Shown here: positions 1 to 8,193 of the stretch, in pieces
Layout: the number at the start of each line of letters is the position of its first letter
Numbering within the stretch: position 1 is the first letter of the stretch
IMG/VR virus record: IMGVR_UViG_3300032205_000001
Coordinates: 1-44,217 of that record
Direction: 5' to 3' (one strand)
From: a virus
Taxonomy: Duplodnaviria; Heunggongvirae; Uroviricota; Caudoviricetes
Length of the DNA stretch: 44,217 nt
Notes under the pieces: generated by a model
Told to the model about the DNA's origin: nothing
The model's input: the letters and a program-made list of their open reading frames with translations, nothing else
Databases searched by the model: none
Made by a program: the position numbers and the translations under genes

Positions 1-285
1 CCAGCCCCCGTATTTATCGGTGACAGCGACGAGCTTCTTGCTGCTTTCTCGCAGCATTTCCTGCATGCCATTGAGGTTCAGCTCGCCTTCTCCGGCGATA
101 GCCATGGCCACAGCTGCGCCGCCGCCGTGGCATACGGATCGGACATCATCGAGAGCGAGGAGATCATCGTCGGACATCGCAGCGTTCTGCAGAAGCGCAA
201 CGCTTCTGCATAGGTCCATGTATTCAGTGCAGTAGACGCAGTACTCAAGGTTGGTTTGATCTGTACCGCAGCGATTGCAGCTCAT
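1..285 (-). CDS. hypothetical protein, N-terminal CxxC..CxxC (partial, runs off window start)
   Basis: Hand-translated MSCNRCGTDQTNLEYCVYCTEY..., open to position 1; ATG overlaps stop of 282..563 (ATGA). Confidence 0.75.
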   Translation of the reverse strand, partial: MSCNRCGTDQTNLEYCVYCTEYMDLCRSVALLQNAAMSDDDLLALDDVRSVCHGGGAAVAMAIAGEGELNLNGMQEMLRESSKKLVAVTDKYGGW

Positions 286-563
286 TTCTTGCTCTTTTTC
301 TCGGTAGCCTTGTGAACTTCCGGGCTGGTGTACGGAAGTAGATCGCGCACCATGTTCCAGCGGGCGATGGACTCCGTGATGCCGGCAGCGTTGACGACGA
401 GGTGAGCGTCAAGAGCCTTGCCGTCCCGGAGAGATTCGACGGCGTTGTTGACCCGAACCTGGAGGTTCTTCAGTTCGGACAGAAGAATAGCGGCAACCCG
501 CTCGTGTTCCTTCTGCAGCCGGCTTTTCAGCTGGCCGTATAGCCATTCCTCGTCGGGGCTCAC
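282..563 (-). CDS. hypothetical protein (93 aa)
   Basis: ATGA overlaps at both ends. Confidence 0.8.
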   Translation of the reverse strand: MSPDEEWLYGQLKSRLQKEHERVAAILLSELKNLQVRVNNAVESLRDGKALDAHLVVNAAGITESIARWNMVRDLLPYTSPEVHKATEKKSKK

Positions 564-1120
564 AGCGGCTTACCGCCAAGCTTCAGCATGCGCTGAAGGC
601 TCTTGCCAGGAACCGGCGAGATGTCGACGACGGCCACATCACCATCGCAGGTGGTGACATACAACGGCAGCTTGAGCTGCTGTGCATCGCTGATGGCATG
701 CGCCCATTCACGGTGCGGGACCGTGATGTGCGGCTTGCCTTCTTGGTCGTAGCGATCGACGAAAGAGCCTTCCCGCCCGTTGCGCTTGGTCTGACCGAAG
801 GGGACACCGACAACGGCCGGATCACCGTGACCGGCAATCTTCTTGATGCCGAGGTAATGTTCGTAGACGAGCATGTACGTACAACGGGTGTTGTACCCAC
901 GCGGATCGTCACGCTCCCAGTGCATCTGCAGGCGAGGAAGCGGAAGGTCGCTGTACTCCATCTCGCGACCCAAGGACCAGCCGAGGTTGTCGTCCTTCAG
1001 CTGCCGCTCGAAATGCTTGGCGTTGTCCTCGGCCTTGAGCGCGCGTTCCTCGCTAGCCTGAAGCTTCTGCTTCAGTTCGTCGATGAGGGTGTTGAGCTGC
1101 TCCTCAGTCTTCGGCGTCAT
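560..1120 (-). CDS. hypothetical protein, N-terminal coiled coil (186 aa)
   Basis: Long ORF; promoter motif 6 nt before ATG. Confidence 0.85.
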   Translation of the reverse strand: MTPKTEEQLNTLIDELKQKLQASEERALKAEDNAKHFERQLKDDNLGWSLGREMEYSDLPLPRLQMHWERDDPRGYNTRCTYMLVYEHYLGIKKIAGHGDPAVVGVPFGQTKRNGREGSFVDRYDQEGKPHITVPHREWAHAISDAQQLKLPLYVTTCDGDVAVVDISPVPGKSLQRMLKLGGKPL

Positions 1121-1476
1121 GCCTTATCTACAGGCGACTCAGGCGGCTTTTCCATCCCTGGCGGGGTTGTTCCGCCGCACCGCTGGCAGTAGCCGCTGTA
1201 GAAGCCAATGCATCCAATGGCTTCGCAAGCCACACGAGCGCCTCTCAGATGCCCGTGGATGTATGCAGAGGTGAAGTCCTTGCACTTCTGGTCGTACTCC
1301 TTGAACTGCGCCTGAGAGCCTCCGATCGAGCCCCAGGGGCCACGGAGAACGGGTCCGCCGGTATAGGCGTGGTCGCCGACCATGTACGGCGTGCGGTCCA
1401 GGCCGATGATCTCGCGTTCCTTGCGGAGCACGAGCACCACGCATTCAAGGGTCCATTCGGTGACAGCTGCGCTCAT
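1117..1476 (-). CDS. hypothetical protein with C-terminal Cys cluster (119 aa)
   Basis: Stop overlaps ATG of 560..1120; start uncertain (1476 or 1518). Confidence 0.65.
   Translation of the reverse strand: MSAAVTEWTLECVVLVLRKEREIIGLDRTPYMVGDHAYTGGPVLRGPWGSIGGSQAQFKEYDQKCKDFTSAYIHGHLRGARVACEAIGCIGFYSGYCQRCGGTTPPGMEKPPESPVDKA
1121..1154 (-). promoter_or_regulatory. ECF-like promoter
   Basis: TGGAAA-N16-TGTAGA-N6-ATG. Confidence 0.7.
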
Positions 1477-1777
1477 GGTCTTTCCATAGGTTGATGCCCC
1501 AGTCGCTGACGCACTCACGTGCGTAGTAGAGGCCTTGGTTTTGTTCCTTGGTGTCTTTCAGCTCTTGTTCGAGAACCTTGACCCGTTGGTCCATCTTGGT
1601 CACCGCATCATGGTAGCGACCAACCTGAACGATCATGACGATGGTCCAGGTCACGAATGCGAATCCGAAGAAAAAGATGGAGGCCGGAAGCCAGCGGATC
1701 CAGTTCGCCACGATCTTGTCGATCGGCGTCTGTGGGTCCCGAATCAACTTGGCGATGGGTGGCTCGTTTTCCTTCAT
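1445..1777 (-). CDS. single-pass membrane protein with coiled coil (110 aa)
   Basis: Start at MKENEPP gives ATGA overlap; hydrophobic run LPASIFFFGFAFVTWTIVMIVQV. Confidence 0.75.
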   Translation of the reverse strand: MKENEPPIAKLIRDPQTPIDKIVANWIRWLPASIFFFGFAFVTWTIVMIVQVGRYHDAVTKMDQRVKVLEQELKDTKEQNQGLYYARECVSDWGINLWKDHERSCHRMDP

Positions 1778-2001
1778 TTCTGAGTAAGTAATCCGATGAC
1801 GTAGCGATTGGCAAGGCAGCCTGCGCAAAGCGTCGGAGATCCTGGCTTCGCTGCGCAACTGTCGCACTCCACGAACTCGCCGCGAAGGAAGTCAGCGCCT
1901 CGACACTCTCCAAGCGACTTGGCAATCATCGAGACCCAGTAGACCTCCTCGTCCCTGGAGTCCGGTCGGTCAGCAGCAACGATTGTGATCTTTGTGGGCA
2001 T
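1774..2001 (-). CDS. hypothetical CxxC..CxxC protein (75 aa)
   Basis: CDSC...CAGC; fits gene run. Confidence 0.65.
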   Translation of the reverse strand: MPTKITIVAADRPDSRDEEVYWVSMIAKSLGECRGADFLRGEFVECDSCAAKPGSPTLCAGCLANRYVIGLLTQK

Positions 2002-2107
2002 GGGTCTTCTTGGGGAATTTGGAACGAAGCCAGACGAGGCTGAAGCCGACGAACGGCATGCTCATTAACAGAACCTGGGCTTCGTCCCAGCAGAAATGAA
2101 AGGGCAT
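1970..2107 (-). CDS. small hydrophobic protein (45 aa, not in ORF track)
   Basis: MPFHFCWDEAQVLLMSMPFVGFSLVWLRSKFPKKTHAHKDHNRCC; TAATG overlap with upstream gene. Confidence 0.6.
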   Translation of the reverse strand: MPFHFCWDEAQVLLMSMPFVGFSLVWLRSKFPKKTHAHKDHNRCC

Positions 2108-2484
2108 TATTTGATCTCCGCCGCAGCCTCAACGAGGTCATGGGCTTCCTGCTTGGATACGACTCGACTTGGGATACAGCCGTGCGGGCACAGCATTCCG
2201 TCAGCGACTCCATAGAGCCGACAGATCATTGGCCGTGCCGAATAGATGGTGCAGCGCTGCTTCTTGAGATAGCTGCAGTTCAACTCTTCCGTCGGCCGCA
2301 ACATTACGTGGTTCTTGTGAATCGGCGCCACGACATCCGGGATGGTCTTTACTCGACGTCCCGTGAGGACAGCGATGGCATCCTTCTCGGCCTTGGAGCA
2401 CATGATGACGCCGCAGGCATCATGGCAGAGGCCCTTGCACGAGATCGAAGGCAGCTTCGCGTATAGGTCAGCGAGCTTCAGCAC
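2107..2484 (-). CDS. YkgJ-family (CxxCxxCC) Zn/Fe-chelating cysteine cluster protein
   Basis: CKGLCHDAC ... C.YL....CTIYSARPMICRLY pattern. Confidence 0.8.
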   Translation of the reverse strand: MLKLADLYAKLPSISCKGLCHDACGVIMCSKAEKDAIAVLTGRRVKTIPDVVAPIHKNHVMLRPTEELNCSYLKKQRCTIYSARPMICRLYGVADGMLCPHGCIPSRVVSKQEAHDLVEAAAEIK

Positions 2485-2837
2485 CAGCCGAACATCTTCG
2501 TGGTGATCTTGTGAAAGGCGTCATAGCGAGCCTCGTAATACTTCTCTTGTTCGAGCTGCTGCTTCTCGGTCAGCTTGTCGTACTTCTTGGGATGCTTCAG
2601 AAGAGCGAGCCGCATAGGCTCCAACTTCTTGAACTTGTCCGGTGCAAGCAGCTTGATGACGATATCTGGAACTTCGAGGCCGTTCTTGGCTTTGAGATCC
2701 TGACTGCCGCCGGAATCGATGTCTGTTCCGCGATAAGGCTCAAGCAGGATCTTGAGTAGCCTTACCTTGAGAAGACCGGCGTTATATGCCCCCATGACGG
2801 TCTCTTCCATGAACCTGTATGCCTGATTGTTACCCAC
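2478..2837 (-). CDS. hypothetical protein (119 aa)
   Basis: ORF in coupled run. Confidence 0.8.
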   Translation of the reverse strand: MGNNQAYRFMEETVMGAYNAGLLKVRLLKILLEPYRGTDIDSGGSQDLKAKNGLEVPDIVIKLLAPDKFKKLEPMRLALLKHPKKYDKLTEKQQLEQEKYYEARYDAFHKITTKMFGWC

Positions 2838-3192
2838 GCTTTTTCCTTTTGCTGACCATCTTGATTTTGACCGGCTCTTCGGTGTGCCGGTCTGCGGAAT
2901 AGCAGGCGCTGGATAGCCGCTCCCAGCCGATGACCATCATGTCCATGATGGCGCTGAGGTCAGGCCGGTACGTCAGCTTCTGAAATTTCTTCTCAGCCTT
3001 GGACTTCATCATCCATGGGTTGAGGTCACGAAGACCGGGTTGAGCGAAGATCGTATGTCCTCGTTCGAGCTTCGTGGTCCCGTCGCTATAGAACACCTCA
3101 TAAAGGAGATGGACGTGGCAGCCGGCCTTCCCCTTGCTGAGGTACATGCCGATCTCGCGGCGGTCCAGCACTCTGGGTTTACGCTTAGCCAC
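2830..3192 (-). CDS. hypothetical basic protein (120 aa)
   Basis: 8-nt overlaps with neighbours. Confidence 0.75.
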   Translation of the reverse strand: MAKRKPRVLDRREIGMYLSKGKAGCHVHLLYEVFYSDGTTKLERGHTIFAQPGLRDLNPWMMKSKAEKKFQKLTYRPDLSAIMDMMVIGWERLSSACYSADRHTEEPVKIKMVSKRKKRG

Positions 3193-3598
3193 GGAGCCCT
3201 GCCTTCCGCAGCACGTCGCTCGCGCGCATGAAGATGCTGGTCACCTGGCTCTCGGTCATGCCCAGCGCCTTCTGGAGGTCTTGCTGCATGACCGTCCACT
3301 GGCCTTCGTCGATCGACTGCATGGCCATGATCTCGTAGATCAGACGAGCGAACTGCAGCTCGTTGTTGAACCAGGGGTCGTCCTTACCGTCGCGAATCTC
3401 CAGCTTCTGAATGCCGCCAGGCTGGTTTGTCCAGCGGGTGCCATCTGCCTTGAGAGCGCCCTCCTTGGGCTTCAACCGGCGCGGCTTCTTGTTGCGCGCT
3501 TGATTGTCGTGGTACTCGGCCTCCTGGCACGTGCTCTTGAGGCACGTCACCGTGGAGCCGGTCTTCAGAGGTTCGCCGCATTGACGACAGCTGGGCAT
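3185..3598 (-). CDS. hypothetical protein with N-terminal CxxC (137 aa)
   Basis: Promoter motif 6 nt before ATG. Confidence 0.8.
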   Translation of the reverse strand: MPSCRQCGEPLKTGSTVTCLKSTCQEAEYHDNQARNKKPRRLKPKEGALKADGTRWTNQPGGIQKLEIRDGKDDPWFNNELQFARLIYEIMAMQSIDEGQWTVMQQDLQKALGMTESQVTSIFMRASDVLRKAGLRG

Positions 3599-3632
3599 AA
3601 CCTACCTACAGACCTACTCCTCAACTATTTCA
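3599..3632 (-). promoter_or_regulatory. ECF-like promoter
   Basis: TGAAAT-N16-TGTAGG-N6-ATG. Confidence 0.75.
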
Positions 3633-3799
3633 TCGAACATGTGGCCGTTGATGCCGCTGTCTTTGAACCAGCGATCTGGCGGTGGGGCCTTGATGCAGAC
3701 CGGCAGGTCAGACTTCACGCCCTTAGCCAGGTCTTCGAGGGTTATCGATTCATCGCCTGGCCACGGCAATTTGCAGTAGCGACACACCTTTTTTGACAT
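3614..3799 (-). CDS. hypothetical protein (61 aa)
   Basis: Promoter motif exactly 6 nt before ATG at 3799. Confidence 0.75.
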   Translation of the reverse strand: MSKKVCRYCKLPWPGDESITLEDLAKGVKSDLPVCIKAPPPDRWFKDSGINGHMFDEIVEE

Positions 3800-3833
3800 C
3801 ACCTGCCTACAATCCGCCTAGAACGGGCTTTCA
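3800..3833 (-). promoter_or_regulatory. ECF-like promoter
   Basis: TGAAAG-N16-TGTAGG-N6-ATG. Confidence 0.75.
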
Positions 3834-4282
3834 CTAAAATCAGACAGGCTGTCGACCGGGCAACGAATCTGGTAGCCGGAGTCGGCGTTGAGATTCTTCG
3901 TGCAGCCGACGTCGCCCATCCGGCTAGCCATCACCACGCGCACTCGGTCTCCTTTGGAGACGCCCAGCCAGTCATTTCCTTGGTAGGTGGCGAATAGCTT
4001 TGGGTATGGTTCCTTAAGCAGCATCCCATGCGCTGGCATGCGAGCGCGATCAAGGAACTTGCGCAGGCATTCCGGCTGAGACTGGTCTTCGATGTACTCG
4101 TCGCAGTGCTTGAACGACTGCGAGATTAGATCGAGCGTAGGGTCCAGTTCTTTGCCGGGTTCGTCGGCCGGCGTTGTCCTTGTGGCCAGAGGATCTCCTC
4201 CTTCTGGCACAACGTCCGCCGGGATTAGAAGTGCCACAACTCCGGCGAGACCCTCGCTACGCTGCTTTTTTCTTTTGGTCAT
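3818..4282 (-). CDS. hypothetical protein (154 aa)
   Basis: Likely start MTKRKK; start uncertain. Confidence 0.7.
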   Translation of the reverse strand: MTKRKKQRSEGLAGVVALLIPADVVPEGGDPLATRTTPADEPGKELDPTLDLISQSFKHCDEYIEDQSQPECLRKFLDRARMPAHGMLLKEPYPKLFATYQGNDWLGVSKGDRVRVVMASRMGDVGCTKNLNADSGYQIRCPVDSLSDFSESPF

Positions 4283-5297
4283 CTGGGAAGGCCTGGTGCT
4301 GGACGCCGTCCAGGTAAGGCCTCTCGATAACACCGCCGGGCTTGATTTTCGAGCCATTTCCGCCGCTGACCACGTCGACCACTTCCGAGCGTGCAGCCTG
4401 TCCGCTCGGATACAGCCTGTGTCCGCCCTCTTGCGCAGCAGTTGCCTGCTTCAAGAAATACGGAACGCCAGCAGCCTCACACTGATCACGCAGCAGCCTG
4501 AGCCATCTGTGGTCGCACGCACGCATTCCAGGTCCGCTCTCGCAACCAGCAATGACCCAGCCCAGGCCGTGGTTAAGCTTGATCTTGAGCTGGTACTGGC
4601 GCGTGTTGTTGTGCGTGCGGAACTTGCCCGTCGGCTCCATCAGCCACTCGGACAAGTCAACCTGACCGATCAGCGGCTCACAGGACAGGAACCGAACAAC
4701 AGCCGGCGTCGCCAGCAGGTCGGGAATGCGCTTGTCGGCCGCTTCCTGGTCCTCTACAGACACGCCAAGCCACACGTTCGGCAACGGCCACACGTAGCCG
4801 CCCATGTTCGAGTCGGCCTTGGCGAACGCCTTGAGGTCGTCAGGACGGTCCTTGAGCGCTCTATACGCGTATCCGAGCAGCTCTGGCATCGAGAGCCTGC
4901 CGGCCCACGCAAACCATTCCTTCATGCGCGCAGAGCGCTTGGTGAGAACCTGGAACGTGTGCTGCTTACAGACCGCCATGATTCCGAAGATGGCGGCGAT
5001 TTCTTCGTTTGTGAGCTTCTCGAAGAACAAATCGCTCATCGAGTTAACGAAGATTTTCCTCGCTTTGCTCCAGCGGACCGGGTCGATGAGATGCTCGGTG
5101 ATGAACCGGACTTCACCCGTCCAGCGAGCCCCTTTGGGGGTGCGCTTGACGAGCTGATAGTACGGCTGACCCTCGTCGGAGAAACGGCCAGCCATCGTCT
5201 CGGCGTAGCAGTGCCGGCAACCTTCAGAGACACGTGCGCAGCCTCTGATTGGATTCCAAGTAGCTGAGGTCCATGAGATTCCGGTCTTATCGCCCAT
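4257..5297 (-). CDS. phage Gp37/Gp68 family (DUF5131) protein, radical-SAM-like Cys motif
   Basis: TGISWTSATWNPIRGC..VSEGCRHCYA; IFVNSMSDLF; HTFQVLTKR; NVWLGVSVE; RFLSCEPL; WVIAGCESG; YFLKQ. Confidence 0.92.
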   Translation of the reverse strand: MGDKTGISWTSATWNPIRGCARVSEGCRHCYAETMAGRFSDEGQPYYQLVKRTPKGARWTGEVRFITEHLIDPVRWSKARKIFVNSMSDLFFEKLTNEEIAAIFGIMAVCKQHTFQVLTKRSARMKEWFAWAGRLSMPELLGYAYRALKDRPDDLKAFAKADSNMGGYVWPLPNVWLGVSVEDQEAADKRIPDLLATPAVVRFLSCEPLIGQVDLSEWLMEPTGKFRTHNNTRQYQLKIKLNHGLGWVIAGCESGPGMRACDHRWLRLLRDQCEAAGVPYFLKQATAAQEGGHRLYPSGQAARSEVVDVVSGGNGSKIKPGGVIERPYLDGVQHQAFPDDQKKKAA

Positions 5298-5517
5298 CTA
5301 ACTTTCTCCGCTTCACACAAGAGGAACAGTCACAGTCAGGCGGGATTTTGGCTGGACCGTCGCGCCCAAGCAAGAACTTCATGACGGACTCTCGGGATTT
5401 CTTGTCCAACGTGTGGAACGTCTTCACAAAGAAATCCTCGACAGCCTTGTCATCCTTCGGGTCGACGTCGCCCCACTTCTGAGCGGCCATGTTGTACCAG
5501 TGCATTGCGGTCGGCAT
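5287..5517 (-). CDS. hypothetical protein (76 aa)
   Basis: TAATG-type coupling; C-terminal CDCSSC. Confidence 0.75.
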   Translation of the reverse strand: MPTAMHWYNMAAQKWGDVDPKDDKAVEDFFVKTFHTLDKKSRESVMKFLLGRDGPAKIPPDCDCSSCVKRRKLDGR

Positions 5518-5714
5518 TAGAGCTTCAACGCGTCAAGCGCCTCCTGAATCGGACGGTTTGCATCGCTCGCTCCGCAGTTGCACGGAGCGTAGCTCTCTGG
5601 ATCTTCCATCGGACAGAAGTTGCTATGCCCTCTGCCCCTTGGAGCCTTCTCTAGAGCGATCTTTGCGCGGATGATTTTCTCGATTAGCTGTTCGTATGTG
5701 TATTTCTGGTTCAT
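5517..5714 (-). CDS. hypothetical protein (65 aa)
   Basis: Start MNQKY gives ATGA overlap. Confidence 0.75.
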   Translation of the reverse strand: MNQKYTYEQLIEKIIRAKIALEKAPRGRGHSNFCPMEDPESYAPCNCGASDANRPIQEALDALKL

Positions 5715-6202
5715 TGGTAAAACAATTTGAAGCGCTCCATGAGCCCAGCAACGCGATCCGGTCCCATCGGGGATAGCGGTTCGTTGCTGCGCGGCGCTTC
5801 TCGCTCCCACGGCTTGCCGGTGACCATCAGACTGAGCGATGGAGCGTTGATGGGCCGGACGTAGTGCCATCCGTCGGGCTCGATCATCTCGTAGCAGAAG
5901 GCCGTGTTTGCTAGGATCTTACAGGCCACAGGTGGAGGATCTATCCCCTTGCCGTAGCCGATTCCCATCTCGTAGGAGCCTTCAAGAACTCGAATCGCCG
6001 ACGGCCACGGATGCGGATGGAAGAGCGCTTGTTCGGGCGTACACGGATGGATGCGGTGCAAGTACACGCGATGGTCGCCAAGCTGTCGCCAGAGCCGTTC
6101 GACGACAGGCGGGTGGTAGTTGATGTACAGGCTGTGCCAGCCAGGCAGCATCAACAGCGTGTGCATGTCGTCTTCGATTCTGTAGAGCACGTCAAGCATC
6201 AC
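5711..6202 (-). CDS. cupin-fold protein
   Basis: YLHRIH...FHPHPWPSAIRVLEGSYEM ... WHYV ... LSLMVTG. Confidence 0.7.
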   Translation of the reverse strand: MMLDVLYRIEDDMHTLLMLPGWHSLYINYHPPVVERLWRQLGDHRVYLHRIHPCTPEQALFHPHPWPSAIRVLEGSYEMGIGYGKGIDPPPVACKILANTAFCYEMIEPDGWHYVRPINAPSLSLMVTGKPWEREAPRSNEPLSPMGPDRVAGLMERFKLFYQ

Positions 6203-6429
6203 TCACCTTCCAGGTGTTTCAGCTCGGCAAGGCGAGCCTCCAATGCTGGGATGCTCGCTGCGAGCCTTTGGGCGTTCTCTAATTGCACTTCGAGACAGCA
6301 GCGCTCGCAACGGGGCGTAAACATGCCGTGTACAGCGGCAATGATGCCCTCGTCGGTCCACCAGGCGGTAGCGGGCCGCTTGTTACAACGAGAGCATGTT
6401 TGTCCGTTTGGCTTCTCGGTCAGCATCAC
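6199..6429 (-). CDS. hypothetical Zn-finger-like protein (76 aa)
   Basis: CSRC...CERCC; ATGA overlaps. Confidence 0.75.
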   Translation of the reverse strand: MMLTEKPNGQTCSRCNKRPATAWWTDEGIIAAVHGMFTPRCERCCLEVQLENAQRLAASIPALEARLAELKHLEGE

Positions 6430-6935
6430 TTCTGGTCCTGGCGGTTCGCTTCCTGCCCGGCGGCGATGCCTTTGCTGAGCTGCTGTACGAGATACAGGGC
6501 GATCGAATCGACGATGTGCTCTTCGATAGACGCACCGAGGGCAGTCCTGAGAGTCGAATGAACTGTCTCTGCTGAGACGACCTGTTCAGCTGAAACGCCA
6601 GCTCGTACGCTGTTGACACCAAGCCGGAAAGCAATCATGCCGGCTTCTTTGACGTGCGCTGCCATTCGGACAGCCGGCCCAGGATCTGCTTCGTTTGTGC
6701 GCTTGGCATCTTCGCTGGCGTCCTCCTGATCGGTTTGACGATTGATCTGTGCGGCATAGGCTGCACGTCCCTCGGGAGTGATCGCAAAGAACACAATTCC
6801 CTCGAAATCATGAAACTCGGCGAACTTCTGCTTGAGAAGTGCGTCTCCCACTGGATTCGGCTTGTAGTTCTCGCGCCGAATGCTGCCGACGATCAGCTGC
6901 TTGAGTAGTTCCATCTGTGGCTGGGGGATTCTCAT
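6426..6935 (-). CDS. hypothetical protein (169 aa)
   Basis: Start MRIPQ gives ATGA overlap with 6932. Confidence 0.75.
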   Translation of the reverse strand: MRIPQPQMELLKQLIVGSIRRENYKPNPVGDALLKQKFAEFHDFEGIVFFAITPEGRAAYAAQINRQTDQEDASEDAKRTNEADPGPAVRMAAHVKEAGMIAFRLGVNSVRAGVSAEQVVSAETVHSTLRTALGASIEEHIVDSIALYLVQQLSKGIAAGQEANRQDQK

Positions 6936-7096
6936 TTTGTCTCGTCCGTTGGTGGGAATTGTTTTCTTGCAACGAACCCTTTTCCGTTGCAGATCTTGCA
7001 AGCTGTCTTCTTCGGCACCCAGAGAAAACCACGACCTTCGCAGTTCGAGCACTCCATGAGTCGATCGTCGCCAGGCTTAGCTTCGGTCTTCCTCAT
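6932..7096 (-). CDS. small DnaJ-type zinc-finger-like protein (CxxCxGxG x2, 54 aa)
   Basis: CSNCEGRG...CKICNGKG; ATGA overlaps at both ends. Confidence 0.75.
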   Translation of the reverse strand: MRKTEAKPGDDRLMECSNCEGRGFLWVPKKTACKICNGKGFVARKQFPPTDETK

Positions 7097-7347
7097 AGAT
7101 AGATGTACTCCTTGCTCTTGTCTCCGTTCGGCCTTCTGCGACCCGTGTACGGGTGTCGCATCCAACCCTCGGGTTCAGAGCTGCCGTCCCAGGCGATCAG
7201 GGTAGCGACCGCTACCGCAGGTTCGTCGTATCACCAGCCGTCGTCAACCACTGCACCATCACCGATGATGATGCGGGCTCGTCCGAAGGTTAGTTCAACA
7301 ACCTCGGCGATTCTGCCGTCGGGCATGATCTTCTTGTAGAGCGTCAT
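7093..7347 (-). CDS. candidate selenoprotein (84 aa; in-frame TGA at codon 39); not in ORF track
   Basis: MTLYKKIMPDGRIAEVVELTFGRARIIIGDGAVVDDGW-(TGA 7233-7231)-YDEPAVAVATLIAWDGSSEPEGWMRHPYTGRRRPNGDKSKEYIYL; ATGA coupling at both ends; SECIS-like hairpin downstream of the TGA. Confidence 0.72.
7201..7216 (-). promoter_or_regulatory. SECIS-like RNA hairpin
   Basis: mRNA GGUAGC-GGUC-GCUACC beginning 14 nt after in-frame UGA; resembles E. coli fdhF SECIS GGUUGCA-GGUC-UGCACC. Confidence 0.65.
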
Positions 7348-7805
7348 TGTGGGAACTTGCACTCGTTGCCCTTACCGTCGCCGTGCCAGTCGTACTTGGG
7401 ATGGGCCCAGGTTTTACAGACCGGACACTGCCTGAATTGGGCTGCGTTCTTCTCGAATTCTTCTTTGTATAGCTCTTCTAGGCTGTCGATTTGATCGATG
7501 AGGTCTCGAAGTGCTGACCGTACGCTGTCAGCATCGCCGTCGATGTAGAGGCAATCGCCGGAGAAGAACGGCTTGGTCTCCTTGCCGTTCTCATCGTGCT
7601 CCGGCTGGCTGCTGTCGACCACGAGGCACTCGACGCGCATGCCCTTCCACTTCGGCGGGGCGTCGATGGTGCTGCCATACGGATGGGCGCTGCACGTCGC
7701 CTGAGGCTGCTTGCCATGGAACTCGTGGACGATTCTCATCGAGGGCACTATCTCGCTCACAACCCCAATTGTCCAGTGGAGCGCAAGCGTTTGCGCGCTA
7801 TCCAC
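7344..7805 (-). CDS. hypothetical protein, C-terminal CxxC (about 153 aa)
   Basis: Start uncertain (GTG 7805 or a later ATG). Confidence 0.7.
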   Translation of the reverse strand: MDSAQTLALHWTIGVVSEIVPSMRIVHEFHGKQPQATCSAHPYGSTIDAPPKWKGMRVECLVVDSSQPEHDENGKETKPFFSGDCLYIDGDADSVRSALRDLIDQIDSLEELYKEEFEKNAAQFRQCPVCKTWAHPKYDWHGDGKGNECKFPQ

Positions 7806-8193
7806 TCTCGGGCGGGCTGATGACGTTCTCTTCGACGAGCAGCTTGTTTGTGAGGTTGTCGGCACCCTTGAGCAGCCGCTGATGGGTGGCTCGGTATCTC
7901 AGGTATTGGTAGCCGGAGTCCCTAAAGTCGGTGGCCCGCCAGAAGAGGCCAAGGACGCCAGCGGTGCCGATCGGAATCGAGCCAACAAGTGGTCCGGCAG
8001 CCACGAGCGCACCACACCCAACGATGAACAGTGCATTGAACGCCAGCGCAAGACGCGCAAGGCTGAGCTGGCGCTGTACTTGTTCGATTCGGACCAGCTT
8101 GCGTTCGAGTTTCTCGTCGGTGGTCGGCTGAGATCTTACCTTGGCTAACGCTTTGGTAAACCTACCCTTGGCATCTCGACGCATCTTACCCAT
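7798..8193 (-). CDS. two-TM membrane protein (131 aa)
   Basis: Hydrophobic LALAFNALFIVGCGALVAAG and IPIGTAGVLGLFW; N-terminal RDAKGRF motif. Confidence 0.75.
   Translation of the reverse strand: MGKMRRDAKGRFTKALAKVRSQPTTDEKLERKLVRIEQVQRQLSLARLALAFNALFIVGCGALVAAGPLVGSIPIGTAGVLGLFWRATDFRDSGYQYLRYRATHQRLLKGADNLTNKLLVEENVISPPESG

Noticed and set aside
4753-4780. CGAACG-N16-TGTAGA inside the DUF5131 gene
   Set aside because: Poor -35, intragenic, no start codon at the expected distance; probably chance.
4092-5267. 391-aa plus-strand ORF
   Set aside because: Antisense shadow of the DUF5131 gene; typical of GC-rich DNA; no motif, RBS or promoter.
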